Both the position numbers and the translations under genes were made by a program. 64,000 bases of DNA from contig CM069148.1 of NCBI GenBank assembly GCA_035221665.1, forward strand, positions 50,220,001-50,284,000. The letters are read 5' to 3'. Origin of the DNA: Okamejei kenojei. Lineage: Eukaryota. Positions 26,934-37,610 of the stretch are shown here, in pieces (positions within the stretch are counted from its first letter, which is position 1; every line of letters begins with the position of its first letter). Below the pieces are notes generated by a model. The model did no database searches, was not told where the DNA came from, and saw only the letters and a list, made by a program, of their open reading frames with translations.

Positions 26934-28362
26934 ATATCCCTCCAAACCTGTCCATGTACCTGTCGAACAGTTTCTTAAATTTTGTGATAGTCCCCATCTT
27001 CACTACCTCCTCTGGCAGCTTGTTCCATACAGCCACTACCCTCTGTGTAAAAATGTTATCTCTCAGATCTTTTCCCTTTCACCTTAAACCTATGTCCTCT
27101 GGTTCTCGATACACCTAATCTGGGCAAGAGACTCTGTGCATCTACCCGATTTATTCCTCTCATGATCCTATACACCTCTGTAAGATCACCCATCATCCTC
27201 CTGCACTTCAAGGAATAGGAGTACTCAACCTCTCCCTGTAGCTCACACCCTCTAGTCCTGGCAACATCCTCTAAATCTTCTCTGCACCCTTTCCAGCTTG
27301 TCAACATATTTCCTGTAACATGGTGCTAGAACTGAGCACAGTACACCAAATGTGGTCGCACCAATGTCTTATACAACTGCATCATGACATCGCAACTTAT
27401 ACACTCAATACCCTGGCTGATGAAGGCCAATGTGCCAAAAGTATTTTGACCACCCAACCTACCTGCGACCACTTTGAATGAACTAAGCACCTGCACTCCT
27501 AGATCCTTCTGCTCCACAACACTCCCCAGAGCCCTACCATTCACTGTGTAGGTCCTGCCACATTAGACTTCCCAAAAAGCAACACCTCACATTTCTCTGC
27601 ATTAAATTCCATCAATCAATCTTTAGCCCATCGGAACAATCGATCAAGATTCTGCTGCAATTTTTCACAACCTACTTCACCATCTGCAAAACCACCCACA
27701 TTTGTATCATCTGCAAAGTTGTGAATCTTGCCATCTAAGTTTTCATCCAAATCACTTTTGTGAGTCTGTGGAATTCACTGCCTCAGGGCGATGGAGGCCA
27801 TGGATACTTTCAAGAGAGAGCTAGATAGGCCTCTTAAAGTTAGCAGTCAGAGATATGTGGAGAAGCAGGAACGGGGCACTGATTGTGGATGATCAGCCAT
27901 GATCACATTGAATGGCTTGAAGGGCCGAATGGCCTCCTCTTGCACCTAGTGTCTATTGTCTACCAGGCAGAAATACAATCAAGTCAAACTCAAGTACAAT
28001 AGATGGAACAAAGGGGAAGATACCGAATGCAGAATATCGTTCTATACTGACAGGAAGAAAATAAGATTTAAAAGATCTGTACTTGCCGGGAGAACAAAGG
28101 AATGTAAAGGGCAAAGGGCACAATGAGCAACAACTGAATTTGAATATGTGGTTTTCCACATAGAAAATCTGACATATATGTGAATTTTCCTGATAGGCAT
28201 ATAAAATTGAAATTACGAATATGCTGGGAATGGAGGGATATGGGTTATGTGCAGAAAACTAATTGATGGTCTTGGCGTTACATTCAGCCCAGACATTGTG
28301 GGCTGAATGGCCTGTTCCTGTGCTGTACTGTTCCATGTGCGATATTTCAGCAAAAGCATTAC

Positions 28363-28452
28363 CTTCCTGTTTTCCTGCACTTTGATTTTCCAGATTCTCT
28401 TTTTCCATTTTACCTTCATCAAGACTTCTTATGGTGACATCTGAATCCGGCG
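28363..28452 (-). CDS. 30-aa repeat exon type B, unit 5 (90 nt)
   Basis: (A)PDSDVTIRSLDEGKMEKENLENQSAGKQE, flanked by cag| and |gtaatg. Confidence 0.7.
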
Positions 28453-28668
28453 CTGTATTAAAACACAGCAAGATGACAAAAACTGAACATGAATGCGTGG
28501 AATTCCAAACATAAAATTCCACATATGTGAGTATTGACCTGAATATTGTATATAATATATTTCAGGGATTAACTAAATATAAATCATGTACAGTCTGCAG
28601 ACAATGGCTGGACTTCAAATGTCACAGAAAGGCCAACAATACTCTGGATGCTTTGAGAAATGCCTTAC

Positions 28669-28758
28669 CTTCACTTGCTTCTGCATTTTGGGTATCCTGC
28701 CTCTCTGTCTCCTGTTCACCTTCATCACAACTCCCTGTGGCAGCGTCTGACTTGGGCA
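28669..28758 (-). CDS. 30-aa repeat exon type C, unit 5 (90 nt)
   Basis: (V)PKSDAATGSCDEGEQETERQDTQNAEASE, flanked by cag| and |gtaagg. Confidence 0.7.
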
Positions 28759-29851
28759 CTGCATTTAAACAAAAGAAAGTCTCTCAGATGTGATAATGGC
28801 AACACTGCCTGAGACAAGGTATGTGAGAAGCTGGATCACACCTCGAGGAACACTATTATTCTTCCCCACAGTGAAGCCTTCATCTGCCGAAGGATCTGTA
28901 TCTCACTCCTGCAGAAAATACCTTCAACTCCTCTTCACTTTGAACCACATTTGTCTTTTGACTTTAGAGACACAGCCCTTTGGCCCACCGAGTCCGCGCC
29001 GACCAGTGATCACCCTGTACACTAACGCTATCCTACACATTAATGACTATTTACAATTTTACCAAATGCAAATTAGGAGTGGCACGATGGAGCAGTGGAC
29101 AAGTTGTTGCCTTACAGCGCCAGTGAGCCTGGATCGATTCTGACTATAGATGCTGTCTGTATGGAGTTTGTACGTTCACCCCGTGACCGCGTGGGTTTTC
29201 TCCAGCTGCTCTGGTTTGCTCCCGTACTCCAAAGACGTACAGGTTGGAGGTTAATTGGCTTTGGTACAAATTGTCCCTGATGTGTAGGATAGTGCTATGT
29301 ATGGGGATCACTGGTCGGCACGGACTGGGGTAGCCTAGAATACAAGAGATATTGTGGTTGTAGCAGGAGAAAAGGAGTGGACCAGGAAGAAGCACTGGGA
29401 TCACATGACTCCCTGGAGGAGCATCGGGATGTAGGAATTACTTCAGAAGGAAATTGGAACGACTAAGAGAAAGCATGAGATCGCTTTGGCTGAGAAGATT
29501 AAGGAGAATGCAACAAGTTTTTATAGGTATATGAAGGAGAATAGAGAATTGGATTAGTAAAGGATGCAGAATTAGCCTGAAGTTCATAAGTTGTGGGAGC
29601 AGAATTAGGCCATTCAGCCTATCTGATGCAGAGAGTGAAAGATACAAGGAACTGTAGATGCTGGTTTACAAAAATATGGACACAAAGTGGTGGAGTAAGG
29701 GATTCAAGTAGCATTTGTGGAAAACACGGATAGGTAATCTTTTGGGTTGGGACCTTTTTTGGACTAGAGACCCTGTCTAGTGGTGTGCCTCCCATTGCTG
29801 TTTGTTATCAATGATTTAGATGAGAATGTACAAGGCATTATTAGATATTAC

Positions 29852-30251
29852 CTGAGGTAACTTTGAGTACTGTAGTATGCATTTCAGACCAAGTGGCGTC
29901 TGGAGTGTTTGATTTGTGTTCAATATCGATCTGAGCAGCATCGTCCGTGGATAAATTAGGCTGCACCTTAATACAGCAGTGAATGTATGAATAACCTGTA
30001 TCTGCAGTTTGTAATTCAGGCTGATCTGCGGAGAAGGATTTATCTGGATTGCATGAATTCAGTATAGTTAGAGGTTGTGTCACCCTTTTTGGTCCCTGCA
30101 ATTGTTCTGCTGACAATTGCCAGTGAAATAATGTAATTGTTTTCCGCTCTCTCCTCTTCAGTGATATAACATTATCCATTGGCACCAGAGTAGTCATGGT
30201 CACATCCCAGCTCACATCAGCAGTTTCACCATGTACGACTTCATACTGATT
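29852..30251 (-). pseudogene. Ig-like (C1-like) exon, 3' part, separated from its 5' part by the DIRS insertion
   Basis: Open frame NQYEVVHGETADVSWDVTM...LKRRERKTITLFHW...HCCIKVQPNLSTDDAAQIDIEHKS...VLKVTS, ending at a phase-1 donor TCAG|gtaata. Confidence 0.65.
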
Positions 30252-30447
30252 TTACTTCGGAGTAACGTGAGTGACTACGTGAATAGAAGCCCGTACATCC
30301 GTTGGTGCGTCATGACGTCAGACGTTGGTGCAGTCGGCCGGTTGGAGCAGCAGCGCTCCTCCAAGCGGTAAGTTTAAACGGAGGTAAGGTTTTTTAAAAT
30401 TTTTTACCACAGGTCATTTTCTGTGACGGTTTGGAGTTCTTGGAGAT

Positions 30448-31681
30448 ATGTTGCAGAAAGTGAAGAAGGTGTCGGCGAGGCGCTCCGGGGGTAGAAAGGA
30501 AAGTGGCCAGGAGAGTGTTGAGGATGAAGGCCCGTCTGGTACACCTGGTCCGGTGCTGGCTACACAGCCAGTGGTTGCGGACCCACTGCCGGGGGGCAGT
30601 GGAGGCTTGCCAGTAGGGCGGAAGGCCACTGGCAAGTCTCTGTGGCCCGTAGATGAGTCGGGCCTGGAGGTTATACCCTCCATAGGAGAGTCCGTTTGCT
30701 CACGGCTCTCCCACGTCGAGATTTTATTACAAAAGAATGCTCGACAGGGACCAGCTCCGTGAGGAGGAGTGGTGCCCAAGCCAGGCTGATGGAGAGCTTG
30801 TGCTAGCAGCACCTGTTTCAGGGCTGCAGAACTATCCTGCCTGTGAGGAGGATGTTCTATCACTGCAGTTTGCTGACACTGATTCTATGCTGGGGGAGAG
30901 CAGTAAAGAAGTTCGGTTGGAGGTAATTCCGAACATTGCTGGGAAGTTTGCTCAGCCTAGAGAGGCAGGAGAGGCGATTGATGGGGAATTGGCTGAAGCC
31001 ATTCAGTATATGCTCCCCCACCAGTTACAGGAGTTAGCTATGGATGAAGCAGCAAAAAACTATAAAGCTCCTGTTAATTGTGATCTCCTGAAGGTACCAG
31101 TGGTTAATCACCAAATTTGGTCACAGATGGGTATGCCTGCTAGGGCTCATTAGATGAAGTTCCAAAAAGTGCTTAAACTGTTGTCAGCAGGTATTACAGC
31201 TGTGGGGAAAGTGATTGATCCAAGCAATGTGGTTGAAGCACACCAGGACGGACTGGGATTCCTTTGTAATGCGTTTTTTGAAATAAATAACATCAGGAGG
31301 GCCGCTATTAGGCCAGTGCTTAATCCGAATTTGGCAAGTTTGTGCAAACCAACCAGTGTACCACCACAAAATCTGTTGCTTGCGAAAAGGGTCAAAGAAT
31401 GTCATGAAGATGTTAAAACTATGGCCCTCATTAAGCCGGCTGGTAAGCAGGGCAAAAGGTTTTCTCCGTATTGGAAAGGAACTAATGTGGATGCAGGAGA
31501 AGGAACGAGCCGTTCAGGTCTTCAATTTCGGAACTGGCAGGCTGCCAGCATGAAGGGGAAGGTGCCTTTCTCCACAAGAGGTCGAGGACAACAAGGTCCG
31601 CAAGGAAAGATGCAGGTAAGGAATATAACATTGATAGACGATGAATTAACTGATGTTCCTGTTCAAATTGGGGAAGGTTAA
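30448..31681 (+). pseudogene. DIRS gag-like ORF (frameshift and TAG at 31151)
   Basis: PVNCDLLKVPVVNHQIW and EINNIRRAAIRPVLNP, located upstream of RT. Confidence 0.75.
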
Positions 31682-31683
31682 AA

Positions 31684-33060
31684 TTGTTTCTCAAACAATG
31701 GCAGCAGTTGACATCAGATTTGTTCATACTTAGTAGTATTGAAGGGGTGAAAAATGAATTTTACTCTAAGGACAGTCTACCTAATCAACATTTTCCTAGT
31801 CGTAAACTTATTTTTTCAGATGAGGAAAATGTGCTTGTTCAAGCAGAGATTCAGTCGTTACATAAGAAAGGGGTAATTGAGCCTTCTGTCTATCAAAGTC
31901 AACAATTTCTGTCAAGTATATTTCCCAGATCTAAAAAGACTGGGGGATGTAGAATTATTCTGGATTTATCGAGTTTGAACAAATTTGTTTGTTATAGGTA
32001 TTTCAAAATGGAGACCTTTACCACGGGCAAACATCTAGTGTCCAAAGGGTATTATATGGCAACCATTGATTTAAAGAATGTGTATTACTCAGTGTCTATT
32101 CATGGTGATGATAGAAGATATTTGAAATTTATTTGGATGACTGAGCTGTGGCAATTCAGGGCATTGCCGAATGGATTAACTTCAGCTCCTAGATTATTTA
32201 CTAAATTGGTAAAACCTGTGTTAGCATTACTTAGAGCTCAGGGGCATGTGGTAATGGCCTATTTAGATGATATTCTGATTGTTGGAAAGACTCATGCTGA
32301 AACTCAATCATCAGTTTTCAGTTATTAAAATCACTTTTGAACAAATGGGATTTGTTATTCACCCAGATAAATCTAAATTATCACCAGTCCAAATTATTGA
32401 TTATCTGGGATTTACCATTAATTCCAATCACATGTTGGTAACTTTGCCCAGGGATAAATTGAATCAGTTAATTGAGGACTGTGTTAATCTCGTTGGAGAA
32501 CAACGGCCTTCGATTAGACAAGTAGCCAGTTTAATTGGGAAGTTTGTTGCAGCATTTCCAGCTGTGCAGTATGGTCCTCTGCATTATCAACAATTACAAA
32601 GATCAAAGGAACAGGCACTGAGAATACAAAGGGGCCATTTTGATAGGCCTATGCAGTTGTCAGCTGGGGCGATTGCTGACATACAATGGCGGATAGTACA
32701 TGTTTCAAAAAGTTTAGGAATGTTTTGGTGGAACCACCGTCACTGATATTACAGACTGATGTAAGTGCACTGGGTTGGGGTGCAACAGATATGTCTTCTA
32801 GTTGTGGAGGCAGATGGAATGTGGATGAGACATCGCTTCTTCAATTAAGAAGGATTAATTATTTAGAGTTGTTGGGCACCTGGTATGGGCTCAAAGCTTA
32901 TTGTTCTACAAGCAGGGACTTGCATGTGCAGGTCCAGATTGACAACACCACAGCAGTGGCATATGTAAACCACATGGGTGGAGTTAAGTCACAGCCTTGT
33001 GATAGACTGGCTAACCAGATTTGGAGCTGGTGTATTGACTAAAATATCTGGCTTTCAGCA
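31684..33060 (+). pseudogene. DIRS reverse transcriptase / RNase H (frameshifted)
   Basis: RIILDLSSLNKF, IDLKNVYYSV, LPNGLTSAPRLFTK, YLDDIL; RNase H motifs TDVSALGWG, INYLEL, DNTTAVAYVNHMGG. Confidence 0.92.
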
Positions 33061-33543
33061 CTTTGTTTGCCAGGAAGATTCAACACTGTAGCTGACACTA
33101 GGTCACGTCAGTTTAATAACAACATTGAATGGATGTTAAATCAGGATATATTTAACCAAATGATTGTTGAGTATGGATTGCCAGATATTGACTTGTTTGC
33201 ATCTTGATTAAATCATCAGTTACCTAGATATGTTTCATGGGAACCAGATTCTGGGGCAGTAGCAGTGGATGCGTTTTCGCTGCATTGGGGAGGAATGTTT
33301 GTGTATGTATTTCCTCCATTCTGTCTCATCAGCAGATGTTTGCAAAAGATCAAGGAGGACTCCGCTTCAGGGGTATTGGTAGTGCCAGATTGGCCTACAC
33401 AAGCATGGTTTCCTGTTGTATTACAAATGGCTAGAGAGCCTTACATGATTATTCCCAAGAATAAAAATCTACTGGTAAATCCATTCACTGGGGATCAACA
33501 TCCTTTACATGATCGTATTGATCTGTTAATTTGCAGATTTTAA
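33061..33543 (+). pseudogene. DIRS N6-adenine methyltransferase-like domain
   Basis: IDLFAS*LNHQLPRYVSW...DAFSLHW...YVFPPF...VVPDWPTQAWFP. Confidence 0.85.
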
Positions 33544-34571
33544 GGAGGCCATACCTGGGGAGAGGACTGTCTCATCGGACTGTGGATGTTCTCACATTGG
33601 CCTGCAGGGATAGTACACAGCAGCAATATATCACCTATATAAGGAAGTGGGAGCAATTCTGCCTACAGCAGAATATTGTATATCACACTGCAGGGATCAC
33701 GGACGTATTGGAGTTTTGTCAACTCTTTATTTCGGCCAAAAATTAAGTTACAGTGCGATTAATTCAGCCAGAAGTGCTCTGTCTTCTTATTTACCTATGA
33801 ATGCAGAATTGCATACAGTAGGGACACATCCGTTAGTTTCACGATTCATGAAGGGAGTTTTCAATTCTAATCCTCCTAAACCCAGGTATGCCGGTATTTG
33901 GAATGTGGGTGAGGTTCTTATGGTTCTTCGCCAGTGGGCTCCGGTTACAAGCCTATCTATAGCCAAATTAACTATGAAGGTGGTCATGCTTATGGCGTTG
34001 GTTTCAGCTCAACGTGTACAAACGTTGCAAAAGCTACGGCTAGATATAATGCATGTGTCGGCAGATGCCATTATATTTTATGTCTATGATTTGCTTAAAC
34101 ATAATAGAAGGCATGACAGGATGTAAGATTGTGTTTTCAGCATACCCCGCAGATGGTCACTTGTGTGTAGTCTCACATTTATCTCGTTACATTGAGATTA
34201 CTAAACCTCTGAGAGGAACAGAGTTGGCTTTGTTTATTAGTCACAAAAAAACACACAGTAAGGTGTCGGTGCAAACGATTTCAAGGTGGCTAAAGCAGGT
34301 CCTGGCAAGTTCAGGAATTGATACTGATAAATTCAAATCTCATTCCACCAGGGTGGCATCAACTTCCGCGGCAAGGGCGATGGACTTGCCAATAGACCAT
34401 ATCCTCGCGGCCGCAGGATGGTCCAGTGAGCTAACTTTTCAGAGGTTTTATCACAAGCCGATTTCAAGGCTCGGGGTGTTTGCTGATTCTGTTTTCAGTA
34501 CTGTTATAGTTTCCCCTGAGTTAGAGGGGTTTGTTATGATTTTGGTTGTAAATAAACTGTTATTCGTTTAA
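33531..34571 (+). pseudogene. DIRS tyrosine recombinase (frameshifted)
   Basis: SAQRVQTL, HSTRVASTS and AAGWSSELTFQRFY supply the catalytic R...HxxR...W...Y residues. Confidence 0.92.
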
Positions 34572-34677
34572 CAAATGTTATTATTGATGCATGATTGATT
34601 GCTAACGACTTTGAGTCAATCCAGACAGTGTGAACGTCGGATTTGGGTCTGCGGCGTGAATTCATAGTGCTTTGAAG

Positions 34678-34790
34678 TATTCACGTAGTCACTCACGTGA
34701 CTCTGAAGTAAAATAGTAAGATTAAACGAGAACTTACCAGTTTGAAGTTTGATCTTTATTTTATGAGGAGTCGAGTTGAGGGACTACGTG
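34678..34790. repeat. DIRS internal complementary region (ICR)
   Basis: Reverse complement of the left end (30249-30285) fused to the reverse complement of the right end (34930-35008). Confidence 0.9.
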
Positions 34791-35008
34791 AATAGAAGCC
34801 CGTACAGCCGTTGGTGCGTCAATCTTCAAAGCAGCGGAATGAATTCACAGCTAACAATGACTGAAGTATAATGGTAAGATGATAAAACTAGAACTACCAG
34901 ATGAGATCTATGAGGGTGGGAGCGGAGGGCACGTAGTCCCTCAACTCGACTCCTCATAAAATAAAGATCAAACTTCAAACTGGTAAGTTCTCGTTTGATC
35001 TTACTATT

Positions 35009-35035
35009 CTTCATCTCACTAATTGCAGGAGGTGA
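35009..35035 (-). pseudogene. Ig-like exon, 5' stub (PPAISEMK)
   Basis: Follows a pyrimidine tract and joins 30251 in frame when the DIRS is removed. No suitable AG acceptor is present. Confidence 0.55.
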
Positions 35036-35431
35036 AAGATAGACACAAAAAAAATTAAATGGAATGTAAACGTAATGTTCCATTTTACTCCATTATTGTC
35101 CAGCGCATTATTCCTTGCATGTAATTTACAAACTTCATTAATTTAAACTTAATTTAGTTTAGAGATACAGCACAGGAACAGTTCTTCGACCCACTGCGTC
35201 CGCGCACACCAGTAACCACTCCATACACTCCATACACTTTCTCATCGACTAGGGGCAATTTCCAGAGAGCCAATTAACTGACAAACCCGCACGTCCTAGG
35301 AATGTGTGAGGACAACCATAGAAAACGATGTCAAGGGTTATGGGGAGAAAGCAAGAGATTGGGGTTGAGAGGGAAAGATAGATCAGCATGATTGAATTGC
35401 GGAGTGGACTTGAAGGGCCAAATGTATAGTC

Positions 35432-36020
35432 TATGCAGGTAGACAAATCTCCAGGGCCTAATCAGATATATCCGCGGACATTGTGGGAAACCAGAGAGGA
35501 AATTGTGGGAGCCCTGGTTGAAATTTACGTCTTCTTTAAATAATGAGAGGTGCTGGAAGATTGGAGGGTGCCTCTATTCAAGAAGGGCTGCAGGGAAAAT
35601 GCTGGGATCTATAGGGCAGTGGGCTTAACATCTGTAGTTGGAAAGTTACTAGATAGTATTCTGAGGGATAGGATATACAGACATTTAGACAGACAAGGGC
35701 TGATTAGGGATAGTCAGCATAGTTTTGTACGTGGGAGATTGTGTCTCACAAATCTGATTGAGTTTTTTGAAGACGTGACCAAAAAGGTCGATGAGGGAAG
35801 AGCAGTAGATGTTTCATATATGGACATCAGTGAGGCATTCGACAAGGTTCCACATAGTTGGCTGCTCTGGAAGGTTAGATTGCATGGGACCCAAGGAGAG
35901 ATAGCTGAATGGATAGAAAATTGGCTTCATGGAAGGAAGAAGAGGGTGATGGTGGAAAGTTGCTTCTCAGATTGGAGGCCTGTGACTACTGGTGTGCCTC
36001 AGGGTTCGGTGCTGGACCTG
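35432..36020 (+). mobile_element. CR1 RT fragment
   Basis: PLFKKG...LTSVVGKLL...CLTNLIEFFE...AFDKVPH...GVPQGSVL. Confidence 0.88.
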
Positions 36021-37610
36021 TTACATAGAAGCATAGAATCATAGAAAATAGGTGCAGGAGTAGGCCATTCAGCCCTTCGAGCCTGCACCGCCATTCAATA
36101 TGATCAAGGCTGATCATCCAACTCGGTATCCTGTACCTGCCTTCTCTCCATACTCCCTGATCCCTTTAGCCACAAGGGCCACATCTAACTCCCTCTTAAA
36201 TATAGCCAATGAACTGGCCTCAACTACCTTCTGTGGCAGAGAATTCCACAGATTCACCACTCTGTTTGAAAAATGATTTTCTCATCTCGGTCCCAAAAGA
36301 CTTCCCCCTTACCCTTAAACTGTGTTCTGGACTTCCCCAACATCGGGAACAATCTTCCTGCATCTAGCCTGTCCAACCCCTTAAGAATTTTGTAAGTTTC
36401 TATAAGACCCCCCGTCAATCTTCTAAATTCTAACGAGTACAAGCTGAGTCTATCCAGTCTTTCTTCATATGGAAGTCCTGTCATCCCAGGAATCAGTCTG
36501 GTGAACCTTCTCTGTACTCCCTCCATGGCAAGAATGTCTTTCCTCAGATTAGGAGATCAAAACTGTACGCAATACTCCAGGTGTGGCCTCGCCAAGACTC
36601 TGTACAACTGTAGTAGAACCTCCCTGCTCTTATACTCAAATCCTTTTGCTATGAATGCTAACATACCATTCCCTTTCTTCACTGCCTGCTGCACCTGCAT
36701 GCCTACTTTCAATGACTGGTGTACCTTGACACCCAGGTCTCGTTGCACCTCCCCTTTTCCTAATCGGCCACCCATTCAGAAAATAGTCTACTTTCCTGTT
36801 TTTTTGCCACCTAAGTGGATAACTTCACATTTTTCCATATTATTCTGCATCTGCCATGCATTTGCCTACTCACCCAACCTATCCAAGTCACTTTGCAGCC
36901 TCCTAGCATCCTCCTCACAGCTAGCACTGCCCCCCAGCTTCGTGTCATCCGCAAACTTGGAGATGTTGCATTCAATTTCCTCATCCAGATCATTAATATA
37001 TATTGTAAATAGCTGGGGTCCCAGCACTGAGCCTTGCACTGAGCTTACTGTCTGCCAGCCAGTTCTCTATCCACATCAATACTGATTCCCCCAATACCGT
37101 GTGATTTAAGTTTGCATACTAATCTCTTATGTGGGACCATGTCGAAAGCCTTCTGAAAGTCCAGATATAACACATCCACTGGTTCTCCCTTATCCACTCT
37201 ACTAGTTACATCCTCAAAAAATTCTATAAGATTCATCAGACATGATTTACCTTGCTGACTTTGTCCAATGTTTTCACCACTTTACTAATGTGCTGCTATC
37301 CCATCTTTAATAACTGACTCTAGCATTTTCCCCACTACCGATGTTAGACTAACTGGTCTGTAATTCCCCGTTTTCTCTCTCCCTCCCTTTTTTAAAAAAG
37401 TGGTATTACATTAGATACCCTCCAATCCTCAGGAACTATTCCAGAATCTAAAGAGTTTTGAAAAATTATCACTAATGCATCTACTATTTCTGGGGCTAAT
37501 TACTTTGGGATGCAGGCTATCTGGTCCTGGGGATTTATCGGCCTTTAATCTATTCAATTTACTTAGCACCACTTCCTGGCTAACCTGGATTTCACTCAGT
37601 TCCTCCATCG
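36021..37610 (-). mobile_element. CR1 ORF2 3' portion with tail
   Basis: [27 protein letters not shown], with a (catagaa)n tail at the left end. Confidence 0.9.

Larger units (their letters stand above)
2982..29811. repeat. Five-unit tandem array, about 5.4 kb period (2982-8056, 8057-13508, 13509-18943, 18944-24370, 24371-29811)
   Basis: Near-identical units. The junction ...tgtttgttatcaa-g(g/a)t-atagggtctgtttccacac occurs four times. Unit 1 is about 360 bp shorter. Confidence 0.97.
30249..35008 (+). mobile_element. DIRS1-type tyrosine-recombinase retrotransposon, full length, degenerate
   Basis: Order is gag-like, RT/RNase H, methyltransferase-like, tyrosine recombinase. It has imperfect inverted termini and an internal complementary region at 34678-34790, with ATT at both junctions. 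Confidence 0.95.

Noticed and set aside
19249-28758. ITIM/ITAM or TRAF motifs in the repeat tail
   Set aside because: The repeats contain no tyrosine, and the xxQE ends do not fit the (P/S/A/T)x(Q/E)E consensus.
33061-34571. Adenine methyltransferase plus phage-type integrase as bacterial contamination or HGT
   Set aside because: Both are standard domains of DIRS1 elements and lie inside the DIRS termini.
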